Source: Bacteroidales bacterium
GTDB lineage: Bacteria > Bacteroidota > Bacteroidia > Bacteroidales > JBGRPZ01
Direction of reading: 5' to 3'
Assembly: GCA_041725955.1 (NCBI GenBank)
Contig: JBGRQE010000011.1
Span: 348 to 64,347 of the forward strand
DNA: 64,000 bases
Within the stretch, counting starts at the first letter, position 1. Each line of letters starts with the position of its first letter. The notes beneath the pieces were generated by a model that saw only the letters and a list, made by a program, of their open reading frames with translations, did no database searches and had not been told where the DNA came from. Shown here piece by piece: positions 8,993-17,633 of the stretch. The translations under genes were made by a program, and so were the position numbers.

Positions 8993-9880
8993 ATGAAAAG
9001 CATTTTCATTCCTGTAGATTTTTCAGAACAATCTCTCCTTTCCTGCAAATTTGCCTTTCATGCATTTGGAAATGAAGAAATAAAAATTACATTCTTTCAC
9101 TCCTACTTCGATCAGTTAGCTTTAGCTGAAAGTCATCTAACTACCGACCTTGAGCCTAATATGATTGGTTTGATGGATGAAAGAATTTTCACAGATTTGA
9201 AGGAAAATAGTGAAAAAGAGCTTCAAAATTTAAAAGATGAAACTCTACTCATGGCAAAAGCCATGAATCTGAAAAACATAAGCATAGAAACAAAAACAGA
9301 AGGTGGTCTTCCTTTTAATGAAGTTTTACACAATTTAAAAAAAGGAAATTACGACTTAATCATTGTAGGAAGTAAAAAAGATCATCAAAATCGAGTTGGT
9401 GGAAATAATTTCCAAGCTCGGTTAATCAATAAAAGTATGATTCCTGTTGTTGTTGTTCCTCCTGAATATACTGGTGAATCGGTGAGCAATATAATTTACC
9501 TTACCGAATTCAATATTGTGGATATTGAAAATATTTACCTACTTGATAAATTCTTTCCTAATCAAGAACAAAATATTCATATAATACACTTTGTAGAAGT
9601 GAAAACAGAGAATTCTGATGAAAAAATGAATAGTCTAAAACATGCCTTTATCGAAAATAAAATCAATACGAGATTAAAATTTTCAATTCAGAATGAATCT
9701 AATGTAATTGGATGTCTAGAACAATTTATCGCAGAAGAAAAGGTCTCTTTTATTGCTTTTATGCCTCATAAAAATAGCTTTGGCCATTTGTTTGAACATA
9801 AATTAGTTAATAAAAAGAAACTACTACACTTAAGTGTACCAATCATATCCATTCCTATGGATAAAAAAGCATCCAATTAA
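8993..9880 (+). CDS. Universal stress protein, tandem UspA domains
   Basis: 295 aa. Both halves start with the USP-like strand (IFIPVDFSEQS ; IIYLTEFNIVD), with DLIIVGSKK and PVVVVP motifs. Confidence 0.7.
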   Translation: MKSIFIPVDFSEQSLLSCKFAFHAFGNEEIKITFFHSYFDQLALAESHLTTDLEPNMIGLMDERIFTDLKENSEKELQNLKDETLLMAKAMNLKNISIETKTEGGLPFNEVLHNLKKGNYDLIIVGSKKDHQNRVGGNNFQARLINKSMIPVVVVPPEYTGESVSNIIYLTEFNIVDIENIYLLDKFFPNQEQNIHIIHFVEVKTENSDEKMNSLKHAFIENKINTRLKFSIQNESNVIGCLEQFIAEEKVSFIAFMPHKNSFGHLFEHKLVNKKKLLHLSVPIISIPMDKKASN

Positions 9881-9928
9881 TATTATTTAAAAAAGCTCAA
9901 AATCCTTAATTTAAGCCAATATCTATTC

Positions 9929-9959
9929 TTTGGTTAGTGCCCGTAATATAGTATATTTG
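9929..9959 (+). promoter_or_regulatory. Full Bacteroidetes sigma-A-type promoter TTTG-N19-TATATTTG
   Basis: TTTG at 9929-9932 and TATATTTG at 9952-9959 with a 19-bp spacer. It lies 37 nt upstream of the ATG at 9996. Matches the established -33 TTTG / -7 TAnnTTTG consensus. Confidence 0.55.
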
Positions 9960-9995
9960 TAACCTGAATTTTCAATCAATTAGGGGCCAAACCAA

Positions 9996-11948
9996 ATGAA
10001 GTTATCTATAATTATAGTAAATTACAATGTAAAATTCTTTCTTGAACAATGCCTTCATTCTGTAAGAAGAGCCATTGAAGACATTGATGCAGAAGTTTTT
10101 GTTGTCGACAATAACTCTGTGGATGATTCTGTAGAAATGGTGCAGCAAAAATTCCCTGAAGTAATTACTATAGCAAATAAAGACAATCCTGGTTTTTCAA
10201 AAGCGAATAATCAAGCTATTAGAATTGCAAAAGGAGAATATGTTCTTTTGCTCAATCCTGATACGGTTGTTGAAGATGACACCTTTACTTCTTGTGTAGA
10301 ATTTATGGATGCTCATCCAGATGCTGGAGGATTGGGAGTAAAAATGATTGATGGAAAAGGAAAGTTTTTACCTGAATCTAAAAGAGGACTACCTACCCCT
10401 GAAGTTGCCTTTTATAAAATATTTGGTCTGTCTAAACTATTTCCTAAATCCAAAAAATTTGGAAAATACCATTTAAGTTACCTAAATGATGATGAAATCC
10501 ATGAGATAGAAGTTCTTGCCGGAGCTTTTATGCTAATGCGCAAAGAGACTTTAGATAAAGTTGGATTACTTGATGAGGATTTCTTTATGTATGGTGAAGA
10601 TATTGATCTTTCATACAGAATTACCAAGGGAGGATATAAAAATTATTACTACCCAAAAACAAGAATTATTCATTATAAAGGAGAAAGCACTAAGAAAAGT
10701 AGTGTAAACTATGTCTTTGTATTTTATAATGCAATGATCATTTTTGCAAAGAAACACTTTTCGCAAAAAAATGCTAAACTTTTCTCCTTCTTTATAAATA
10801 TGGCTGTCTATTTTAGAGCCACCTTAGCAATATTTAGTCGCTTCTTAAAAAAAGCTATTCTTCCTATATTAGACTTTATAATCATTTTTGCAGGAATGTT
10901 CCTATTAAAGGAATATTGGGAAATCAACTTCTTCAATAGATTTGGCGATTATTACCCTAAGGAATATATGCAAAAGGAAGTTCCTGCATTTATATTGATC
11001 TGGCTATCTTCGGCATGGCTATCTGGAGGATACGACAAACAAGCTCAGATAAGAAACATATTCCAGGGTATTTCTATAGGAACTATAATCATACTGGTAA
11101 TATATGCCCTACTTCCAGAAAGCTTAAGGTTTTCAAGAGCCTTGACCATATTGGGTGCCGCATGGGCAATGACTACTTTATTATCTACAAGAATATTAGG
11201 TAGAATTTGTGGATTTAAGTCTTTCTCTTTTGGCAATGTTAGAAGTCCAAGATTTGCAATCATTGGCGATTTGGAAGAAAGTAATAGAGTAAAAACATTA
11301 CTTCAAAATACATATCTTAACCCTAGCTTTGTTGGTCTAATCAGTCCCAGTGAAAACAAGCCAAGTAGCGACTTTGTTGGCACACTAAGACAAACTCGAG
11401 AGGTTATTGAAATCTTTAATATTGATGAAATCATATTCTGCTCGAAAAGCATTTCTCATCACCAAATTATGGATTTAATGGCAAGCTTAGAGGATATGAA
11501 TGTCGACTATAAAATTGCTCCGGAAGACAGTTTATCGATTATCGGCAGCAATTCGATTCATACTTCAGGCGATTTTTATACAATCAATTTAAACTCAATT
11601 GACAAAAGCAATAACAAAAGAAATAAACGAATTCTAGACTTTTTTGGTAGCTTACTATTACTTGGATTTTTCCCTCTTTTAATACCATTTGTAAAAAGAC
11701 CTTTAAAGTTTTTCGGCAATTTAATACAAGTGTTTGTAGGTCAAAAAACATGGATTGGTTATGAACCTTGTGAGGATAAAATGAAGTTGCCGAAAATAAA
11801 GAAAGGTGTTATTTCTCCTACAACTATTGTTTCAAAAAAAACATCTTCCGAAACAATTGCTAAATTAAATTTGTTATATGCGCGAGATTACAAAGTAAGT
11901 ACAGACTTTTTTATTCTGATTAAAGGCATCCGCCACCTAGGCGATTAG
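9996..11948 (+). CDS. Family-2 glycosyltransferase fused to a multi-TM region and a truncated sugar-transferase-like C-terminus
   Basis: 650 aa. The N-terminal GT2 has LSIIIVNYN, VVDNNSVDDS, NPGFSKANN, LLNPD and FMYGEDIDLSYR. TM helices span roughly aa 250-400. The C-terminus (KRILDFFGSLLLLGFFPLLIPF ... VGQKTWIGYEP ... LLYARDYKVSTDFFILIKGI) resembles the first helix and the last third of Bac_transf proteins, but the central catalytic part seems absent. Confidence 0.75.
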   Translation: MKLSIIIVNYNVKFFLEQCLHSVRRAIEDIDAEVFVVDNNSVDDSVEMVQQKFPEVITIANKDNPGFSKANNQAIRIAKGEYVLLLNPDTVVEDDTFTSCVEFMDAHPDAGGLGVKMIDGKGKFLPESKRGLPTPEVAFYKIFGLSKLFPKSKKFGKYHLSYLNDDEIHEIEVLAGAFMLMRKETLDKVGLLDEDFFMYGEDIDLSYRITKGGYKNYYYPKTRIIHYKGESTKKSSVNYVFVFYNAMIIFAKKHFSQKNAKLFSFFINMAVYFRATLAIFSRFLKKAILPILDFIIIFAGMFLLKEYWEINFFNRFGDYYPKEYMQKEVPAFILIWLSSAWLSGGYDKQAQIRNIFQGISIGTIIILVIYALLPESLRFSRALTILGAAWAMTTLLSTRILGRICGFKSFSFGNVRSPRFAIIGDLEESNRVKTLLQNTYLNPSFVGLISPSENKPSSDFVGTLRQTREVIEIFNIDEIIFCSKSISHHQIMDLMASLEDMNVDYKIAPEDSLSIIGSNSIHTSGDFYTINLNSIDKSNNKRNKRILDFFGSLLLLGFFPLLIPFVKRPLKFFGNLIQVFVGQKTWIGYEPCEDKMKLPKIKKGVISPTTIVSKKTSSETIAKLNLLYARDYKVSTDFFILIKGIRHLGD

Positions 11949-12051
11949 AAGGGTACTATTCTCTGTTAGAGAAGGTGTTCTCTTTGCCATGCTTTGTAAT
12001 AGAACCTTATTCCAACTTATTGGATATCGATTCATTTAAACTCGCAATTAC

Positions 12052-13365
12052 ATGGCAAAATTTGAAATAATAATGCCTAAGATGGGCGAAAGCATCATTG
12101 AGGCAACCATTACAAAATGGCTTATTGAAGAAGGTGAAAAAGTAGAAGAAGATGATTCTATTGTTGAAATTGCCACTGATAAAGTAGATTCTGAAATTCC
12201 CTCCCCTGTTGATGGAACTCTTGTAAAAAGACTTTTTTCTGAAGGAGATGTTGTTCCTGTTGGAGAAATAATTGCAATCATCAATATCGATTCAGACGGT
12301 GACGAAGAAGATAACGAACCTGAAGATGAAACAGCTAAAGAAGTCGATAAATCAGACCCAAAGGAAGATAAAAAAGAAGTTTCTGAAGTAAGTTCAGATT
12401 TTAAAAGTAGTGACAGATTTTATTCTCCGCTTGTTCGAAACATTGCAAAAGAAGAGAATATTAAACTCGAAGAACTCGAAAAAATAGAAGGAAGTGGCTC
12501 TAATAACAGACTAACCAAAGACGATTTACTCAAATATATAGAAGAGAAAAAAGGCAGCCCTGCCGCAACTTCTAAGAAAACAACCCAAGCTCCTACCCCT
12601 CCAACTCAGCACAAAGAAGCCAGTAGTCCACCAGCTCCAAAGATTGAATCGGCATCAGGCGACACAGTGGTTCCTATGGATCGAATACGTAAAATCATTG
12701 CCGAACATATGGTTATGTCAAAACGTACTTCTCCGCATGTTACCATGTTTATAGATATTGATGTTACCAATATCGTAATGTGGAGAAATAAAGTAAAAGA
12801 TGCATTCTTGAAAAGAGAAAAGGAAAAAATTACTTTCACTCCTATTTTTGTTGAAGCTGCAGCAAAGGTTCTTAAAGAGTTTCCGGGTGTAAACTCCTCT
12901 ACCGATGGAGAAAACATTATTTACCGGAAGAACATAAATATAGGTATGGCAACAGCTTTACCTAATGACAACCTAATTGTTCCTGTAATAAAAAATGCAG
13001 ATCAGAAGAATTTGCTCGGACTTACAAAAGATGTAAATGACCTTGCAACTCGCGCCAGAGATAATAAACTTTCTCCTGACGAAATTCAAGGAGGAACTTT
13101 TACCATAACCAACTTCGGATCGTTTAACAACCTGACAGGTGCTCCAATTATCAATCAGCCAGAATCGGCAATCCTTGGAGTTGGTGCAATTCGAAAAACT
13201 CCTGTGGTTATTGATAGTCCGAATGGCGATATGATTGGAATCAGAAGTATGATGATTATGTCGCTGGCCTTCGATCATAGAATTGTTGACGGTGCTATGG
13301 GAGGCAGATATCTTCAAAGGTTAAAAGTTGTTCTTGAAAACTTCGATGTAAGTCAAGAAATTTAG
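12052..13365 (+). CDS. 2-oxoacid dehydrogenase E2 component (dihydrolipoyllysine-residue acyltransferase)
   Basis: 437 aa. Lipoyl domain with EIATDKV. Acidic and Pro/Thr-rich linkers. Peripheral-subunit-binding segment (SPLVRNIAKEENI). Catalytic DHRIVDGA motif. Confidence 0.9.
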   Translation: MAKFEIIMPKMGESIIEATITKWLIEEGEKVEEDDSIVEIATDKVDSEIPSPVDGTLVKRLFSEGDVVPVGEIIAIINIDSDGDEEDNEPEDETAKEVDKSDPKEDKKEVSEVSSDFKSSDRFYSPLVRNIAKEENIKLEELEKIEGSGSNNRLTKDDLLKYIEEKKGSPAATSKKTTQAPTPPTQHKEASSPPAPKIESASGDTVVPMDRIRKIIAEHMVMSKRTSPHVTMFIDIDVTNIVMWRNKVKDAFLKREKEKITFTPIFVEAAAKVLKEFPGVNSSTDGENIIYRKNINIGMATALPNDNLIVPVIKNADQKNLLGLTKDVNDLATRARDNKLSPDEIQGGTFTITNFGSFNNLTGAPIINQPESAILGVGAIRKTPVVIDSPNGDMIGIRSMMIMSLAFDHRIVDGAMGGRYLQRLKVVLENFDVSQEI

Positions 13366-13393
13366 AATGTATTAAAATATAATCATTGGTATT

Positions 13394-13437
13394 AAGGTTG
13401 GGAAATTTTATTTTTGTCAAAAATTCCCAACCTTTTA
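13394..13437 (+). terminator. Intrinsic terminator after the E2 gene
   Basis: The aaggttgggaaattt ... aaattcccaacctt hairpin (11-14 bp stem) is followed by TTTT. It lies 29 nt after the stop. Confidence 0.65.
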
Positions 13438-13453
13438 AATTTAATACAAGAAA

Positions 13454-14266
13454 ATGGAGTTAAAACTAAATAAACCTCTTGCTTTTATCGATTTAGAAAC
13501 TACTGGATTGAAGATAGCTGTCGACAGAATTGTAGAAATTAGCATTGTTAAAGTAATGCCTAATGAGGAAGTAAAAAAGAAAACTCTTCGTATAAATCCA
13601 GTTATTCCTATATCAGAAGAATCAACCAATATTCATGGTATAAAGAATGAAGACGTTGAGAATGAACCTACATTTTGCGATGTAGCTAAAGAGCTTAACC
13701 AATTTCTTACGGGTTGTGATTTGGCTGGTTATAACTCCAACAAATTCGATATACCTCTTCTTGTTGAAGAATTCCTTAGAGCAGATGTTGATTTCGACAT
13801 AAAATCGAGGAAACTTGTTGATGTTCAGAATATATTCCACAAAATGGAACCTAGAACTCTGGTTGCCGCTTATAAATTTTATTGCGATAAAGATCTTACA
13901 AATGCGCATTCTGCAGAGGCCGATACTATTGCAACTTACGAAGTACTTAAAGCTCAAATCGAAAGATACGAGAATATTGAGTATACAGATAGAGATGGAA
14001 ACAAAAGCACTCCAATCGAGAACGATGTAAATGCACTGTCGAGCTTCTCTTTAATGAATAAGAATGTCGATTTGGTAGGTCATGTAATCTTTAACAAAGC
14101 AGGAAAGGAAGTATTCAATTTCGGAAAATATAAAAACGTTGAAGTTGAAGAAGTTTTCAGAAAAGAACCACCGTATTACGATTGGATGATGAAGAGCGAC
14201 TTTCCTTTATCGACAAAGAAAGTAATTACAGCAATAAAACTAAGAGGTTTCAACAAAGGTCGTTAA
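13454..14266 (+). CDS. DEDDh 3'-5' exonuclease (DnaQ/epsilon-like domain protein)
   Basis: 270 aa. Exo I FIDLETTGL, Exo II AGYNSNKFDIPLL, Exo III HSAEADT. Confidence 0.85.
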   Translation: MELKLNKPLAFIDLETTGLKIAVDRIVEISIVKVMPNEEVKKKTLRINPVIPISEESTNIHGIKNEDVENEPTFCDVAKELNQFLTGCDLAGYNSNKFDIPLLVEEFLRADVDFDIKSRKLVDVQNIFHKMEPRTLVAAYKFYCDKDLTNAHSAEADTIATYEVLKAQIERYENIEYTDRDGNKSTPIENDVNALSSFSLMNKNVDLVGHVIFNKAGKEVFNFGKYKNVEVEEVFRKEPPYYDWMMKSDFPLSTKKVITAIKLRGFNKGR

Positions 14267-14283
14267 TCCATAAAAACAGCATA

Positions 14284-14895
14284 ATGAAAATTATATGTAT
14301 CGGCAGAAACTACATTCAACACGCCGAGGAACTAAATAATCCGGTTCCAGAAAAACCTATATTTTTCTTAAAGCCTGATTCTGCTTTATTAAAGAATGAC
14401 AAACCATTCTTTCTACCTGAATTTAGCAATGATGTGCATTACGAAACAGAAGTAGTAGTTAGAATCAAAAAGCTGGGAAAATACATAGAAGAACAATTTG
14501 CTCCAAAATATTACGATGCCATTGCGTTGGGAGTCGACTTTACGGCCAGAGATCTTCAGGCCGAATGTAAGAAAAAAGGATTGCCTTGGGAAATGGCAAA
14601 AGCCTTCGACCAGTCGGCAGTATTAAGTGAGTTTATTGAATTAGATTCAGAAGATAACATTCAAGACATAAACTTTTCGTGTAAAATAAACGGAGAGCAA
14701 AGACAAAAAGGAAACACTTCGGAAATGCTTTTCTCTGTAAACAGAATTATAGCCTATGTTTCGCAGTTTATGACTTTAAAAATCGGCGATTTAATCTATA
14801 CAGGAACTCCTGCCGGAGTTGGTAAAGTAAATATTGGCGATCATCTGGAAGGTTTTATTGAAGATAAAAAGATGTTCGACTTTAAAATTAAATAG
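14284..14895 (+). CDS. Fumarylacetoacetate hydrolase (FAH) family protein
   Basis: The ORF track starts at 14182, but that start would overlap the exonuclease gene by 85 nt. The ATG at 14284 (MKIICIGRNYIQHAEEL) gives the usual FAH-family N-terminus. C-terminal GDLIYTGTPAGVG motif. Confidence 0.8.
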   Translation: MKIICIGRNYIQHAEELNNPVPEKPIFFLKPDSALLKNDKPFFLPEFSNDVHYETEVVVRIKKLGKYIEEQFAPKYYDAIALGVDFTARDLQAECKKKGLPWEMAKAFDQSAVLSEFIELDSEDNIQDINFSCKINGEQRQKGNTSEMLFSVNRIIAYVSQFMTLKIGDLIYTGTPAGVGKVNIGDHLEGFIEDKKMFDFKIK

Positions 14896-14952
14896 AAACG
14901 ACTTTATTAAATTCTAAAGCAAGTATTTTTTTACTTCACTACTAAGAAAAAC

Positions 14953-14996
14953 AAAAAGCACCAAGGTGAATTTTAAAAACTACCTTGGTGCTTTTT
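14953..14996. terminator. Bidirectional intrinsic terminator formed by two inverted units of the 22-bp repeat family
   Basis: Perfect 15-bp inverted repeat, aaaaagcaccaaggt (14953-14967) and accttggtgcttttt (14982-14996), with a 14-nt loop. The A-run and T-run flanks allow use in both directions. It lies 58 nt after the FAH stop. Confidence 0.7.
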
Positions 14997-15180
14997 ATAT
15001 TTCATTATAATGTTTTTCATAATTCACCACAATGCTTTTTATAATTCACCATAATAAAAGGGTATCCTCCACCATAATGAAAGGGTCATTTTCTTTACTA
15101 CAAAAGGTATAATCCTCCAGAAGAGATGAACCATTTGAAGTCGAAGGTTGCTCACCTTCACCTTGGTACTTTATTATTTT
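14953..15180. repeat. 22-bp-period degenerate tandem array, locus 1 (CACCWWGGTG-core family)
   Basis: Core starts read at 14959 (CACCAAGGTG), 14981 (TACCTTGGTG), 15003 (CATTATAATG), 15025 (CACCACAATG), 15047 (CACCATAATA), 15070 (CACCATAATG) and, after decayed units, 15159 (CACCTTGGTA). The last is still in phase (4 x 22 after 15070). The array fills the convergent spacer between the FAH gene and the DUF721 gene. Confidence 0.75.
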
Positions 15181-15209
15181 ATCGAAATTATACTCTACAG
15201 AGGTGAAAT

Positions 15210-15500
15210 TTAAAGGAAGACAATTTTATTTACAACATCCTCGCCCAATTCAGAATTTACATTCTTTAGAATCTTATCCTTGGCATAATTCAATTCATTC
15301 TTTATTATAGAAGATTCTAGCCGAATAAAAAGCACACCATTGCGCACGTAAACATCTTTTGTATTTCGAGCAATCATTTTACCCATTACCTTTTCCCAGA
15401 TATCAGTTACTTGGTGTTCTTTTAATCGAACATCGAGTTTATACGACTTTAAAAGATCTTTGATTACTTCACCTAAAGTTGATTCATTACTTTTTTTCAT
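15210..15500 (-). CDS. DUF721 (DciA-like) small protein downstream of recF
   Basis: 96 aa. The start lies 2 nt after the recF stop. Size, position and sequence (LKEHQVTDIWEKVMGKMIARNT...GVLFIRLESS) fit the DUF721 protein that follows recF in Bacteroidetes. Confidence 0.7.
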   Translation of the reverse strand: MKKSNESTLGEVIKDLLKSYKLDVRLKEHQVTDIWEKVMGKMIARNTKDVYVRNGVLFIRLESSIIKNELNYAKDKILKNVNSELGEDVVNKIVFL

Positions 15501-15502
15501 TG

Positions 15503-16612
15503 TTAGATTTTTGAAATTTCTGCATTATCTACATGGAATAAAAGATGATCGAAAGAAGTTTGTTCAAACAATCTTTTAACTCTATCAATATTTGTATCGG
15601 TAAGGAAAACCTGACCAAAAGTTTCTTTTCCAACCAGGTTAATAAGCTGTTCAACCCTCAAATCGTCGAGTTTATCAAAGATATCATCAAGAAGCAGAAT
15701 AGGCTTTACGCCTTTAATTCTTTTCAGCAATTCATACTGAGCCAACTTGATGGCAACAACAAAAGACTTTTGCTGCCCCTGAGATCCAAACTTCTTTACA
15801 GGATAGTCTGAAATATAGAATTCCAAATCATCGCGATGAATCCCCTTGCTTGTATATTTCAATAAACGATCTTTTGATATGCTATCAGACAATGCTTCTC
15901 TTAAAGACGAATCGTTCAGATCTGATTTATACGAAATGGCAACACTTTCTTTATTTGAACTGATTTTCGAAAAGTAATACTGAAATATTTCTTGAAACTC
16001 GTCTAAAAACAATTTCCGACATTCGTGAATAGCTTCTCCAAGCTGAACCAATTGTTCATCCCAAATCTGAAGAGAATCGAGATCGAAATAAGAATGTTCG
16101 GCAAATCTCTTCAACAATATATTTCTCTGAAAAAGCACCTTCTGATAATCAAGAATCAAGTTAAGATAAACCCGATTATACTGACTGATTACACCATCCA
16201 TAAACCGACGGCGGGTATCACTCCCACCATAAATCAATTCATGATCAAAAGGACTAATCATAACAAGAGGAATCTTCCCTATATGATCGGCCAAACGGTC
16301 ATATTCCTTTCCGTTGAATTTAAAACTCTTCTTTTTATTTTTTTTGAAAACACATGATACTTGAGAAAAATGTTCAACATCTTTATGCGAATACTTTCCA
16401 TGAATAGCAAAACAATCTTTAGAATGATTTACATTTTGAGAATCTGAGGAATTAATAAAGCTTTTGCAAAAAGCCAGATAATAAATAGAATCGAGCAAAT
16501 TTGTTTTACCTGCACCATTAGATCCAATAAAACAATTAATTCCTTCACACAAATCCAGTTGGATATCATGAAAATTCTTGAAATCGAATAATGTTATACG
16601 TTGAACAAACAT
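15503..16612 (-). CDS. recF: DNA replication/repair protein RecF
   Basis: 369 aa. Walker A GSNGAGKTNLLDSIYY, signature GSQGQQKS, Walker B LLLDDIFDKLD. Confidence 0.95.
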   Translation of the reverse strand: MFVQRITLFDFKNFHDIQLDLCEGINCFIGSNGAGKTNLLDSIYYLAFCKSFINSSDSQNVNHSKDCFAIHGKYSHKDVEHFSQVSCVFKKNKKKSFKFNGKEYDRLADHIGKIPLVMISPFDHELIYGGSDTRRRFMDGVISQYNRVYLNLILDYQKVLFQRNILLKRFAEHSYFDLDSLQIWDEQLVQLGEAIHECRKLFLDEFQEIFQYYFSKISSNKESVAISYKSDLNDSSLREALSDSISKDRLLKYTSKGIHRDDLEFYISDYPVKKFGSQGQQKSFVVAIKLAQYELLKRIKGVKPILLLDDIFDKLDDLRVEQLINLVGKETFGQVFLTDTNIDRVKRLFEQTSFDHLLFHVDNAEISKI

Positions 16613-16626
16613 GTATTTTCAAATAA

Positions 16627-17493
16627 TTATTGAAATTTTAAACGAATTGCCTCAATAACCTCTTCCATCAACCATTTTGGCGTTGAAGTAGCCCCTGAAA
16701 TTCCAACAGTATTAATATCTTTAAACCAGTCGAAATTCAATTCATCAGGTATACTAATCAAATAGCTTTTAGGATTTTCGGTTTTACATACATTAAACAA
16801 AGCTTTGCCGTTAGAGCTATTCTTTCCTGCAACAAATATCAATACATCGCAGTTTTTACTGAACTTTTGTAGCTTAGGTACTCTATTGGAAACACTTCCA
16901 CAAATCGTATTTTTTACTATAAAATCTGAATTCTTACGTTTATCTTCAATTAATTTAGACAGACGAAGATATTCATTTTTGCTTTTTGTAGTTTGAGAAA
17001 AAACTCTTAATGGCTTGTTTACCGGAATTTTATCTACATCTTCCTCGCTCTCTAGGATGAGTGCTTTATTTTGAGTTTGTCCTCTTAAGCCTATTACTTC
17101 TGCATGATCGGGTTTACCATAAATAACAATATTCCCCTCTTTTTTCTGCATCTCATTCCAAGCTTTCTTAATCTTCTCTTGCAATTTCAAAACTATCGGA
17201 CAAGTTGCGTCAATAATAGAGATATTTCTTTCTTTGGCCAATTCATAAGTTGCAGGAGGTTCGCCATGAGCTCTAATCAAAACCGTACAGTCTGAAAGCT
17301 TTTTTAAGTCTTCATGATCTATAACTTTCATTCCTAAATGCTCCAGACGTGCCACTTCAGCTTGGTTATGAACAATTTCTCCTAAGCAATAAAGTGTTTT
17401 ATTATTATTTTCTTCTAAATAATCTTCAACAGATTTGATGGCATTATTAACGCCAAAGCAAAACCCGGCACCCTCATCAAACAAAATTTCCAT
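16627..17493 (-). CDS. ispH: 4-hydroxy-3-methylbut-2-enyl diphosphate reductase
   Basis: AGFCFGV, ATCPIV and NTICGSV Cys motifs for the 4Fe-4S cluster. The track start at 17511 is TTG, so I prefer the ATG at 17493 (MEILFDEGAGFCFGV). Confidence 0.92.
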   Translation of the reverse strand: MEILFDEGAGFCFGVNNAIKSVEDYLEENNNKTLYCLGEIVHNQAEVARLEHLGMKVIDHEDLKKLSDCTVLIRAHGEPPATYELAKERNISIIDATCPIVLKLQEKIKKAWNEMQKKEGNIVIYGKPDHAEVIGLRGQTQNKALILESEEDVDKIPVNKPLRVFSQTTKSKNEYLRLSKLIEDKRKNSDFIVKNTICGSVSNRVPKLQKFSKNCDVLIFVAGKNSSNGKALFNVCKTENPKSYLISIPDELNFDWFKDINTVGISGATSTPKWLMEEVIEAIRLKFQ

Positions 17494-17564
17494 AACTACA
17501 ATTTTATGCAAAATTAGTCAAAAGCTTCAAAGGACAATATTCTATATAGGCAAAACAAAACCTA

Positions 17565-17602
17565 AATAAAAAAGAAAAGTCATCCTTTACAAAGACGACT
17601 TT
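17565..17602 (-). terminator. Probable intrinsic terminator after porQ
   Basis: Hairpin aaagtcatc (17576-17584) / gacgacttt (17594-17602), 8/9 paired with a 9-nt loop. On the minus strand it is followed by a T-rich run. Confidence 0.45.
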
Positions 17603-17633
17603 CCGATAATCAAAATTATATATATATTTTAAT

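Noticed and set aside
12048-13317. Antisense ORFs inside the E2 gene (12048-12284, 12606-12917, 12973-13317, minus strand)
   Set aside because: They are fully nested antisense to a high-confidence gene with clear catalytic motifs. Their translations are low-complexity or hydrophobic with no motifs. Such ORFs are typical antisense artefacts.
14182-14283. Upstream extension of the FAH-family ORF (track start 14182)
   Set aside because: It would overlap the exonuclease gene by 85 nt. The ATG at 14284 gives the conserved family N-terminus MKIICIGRNY.
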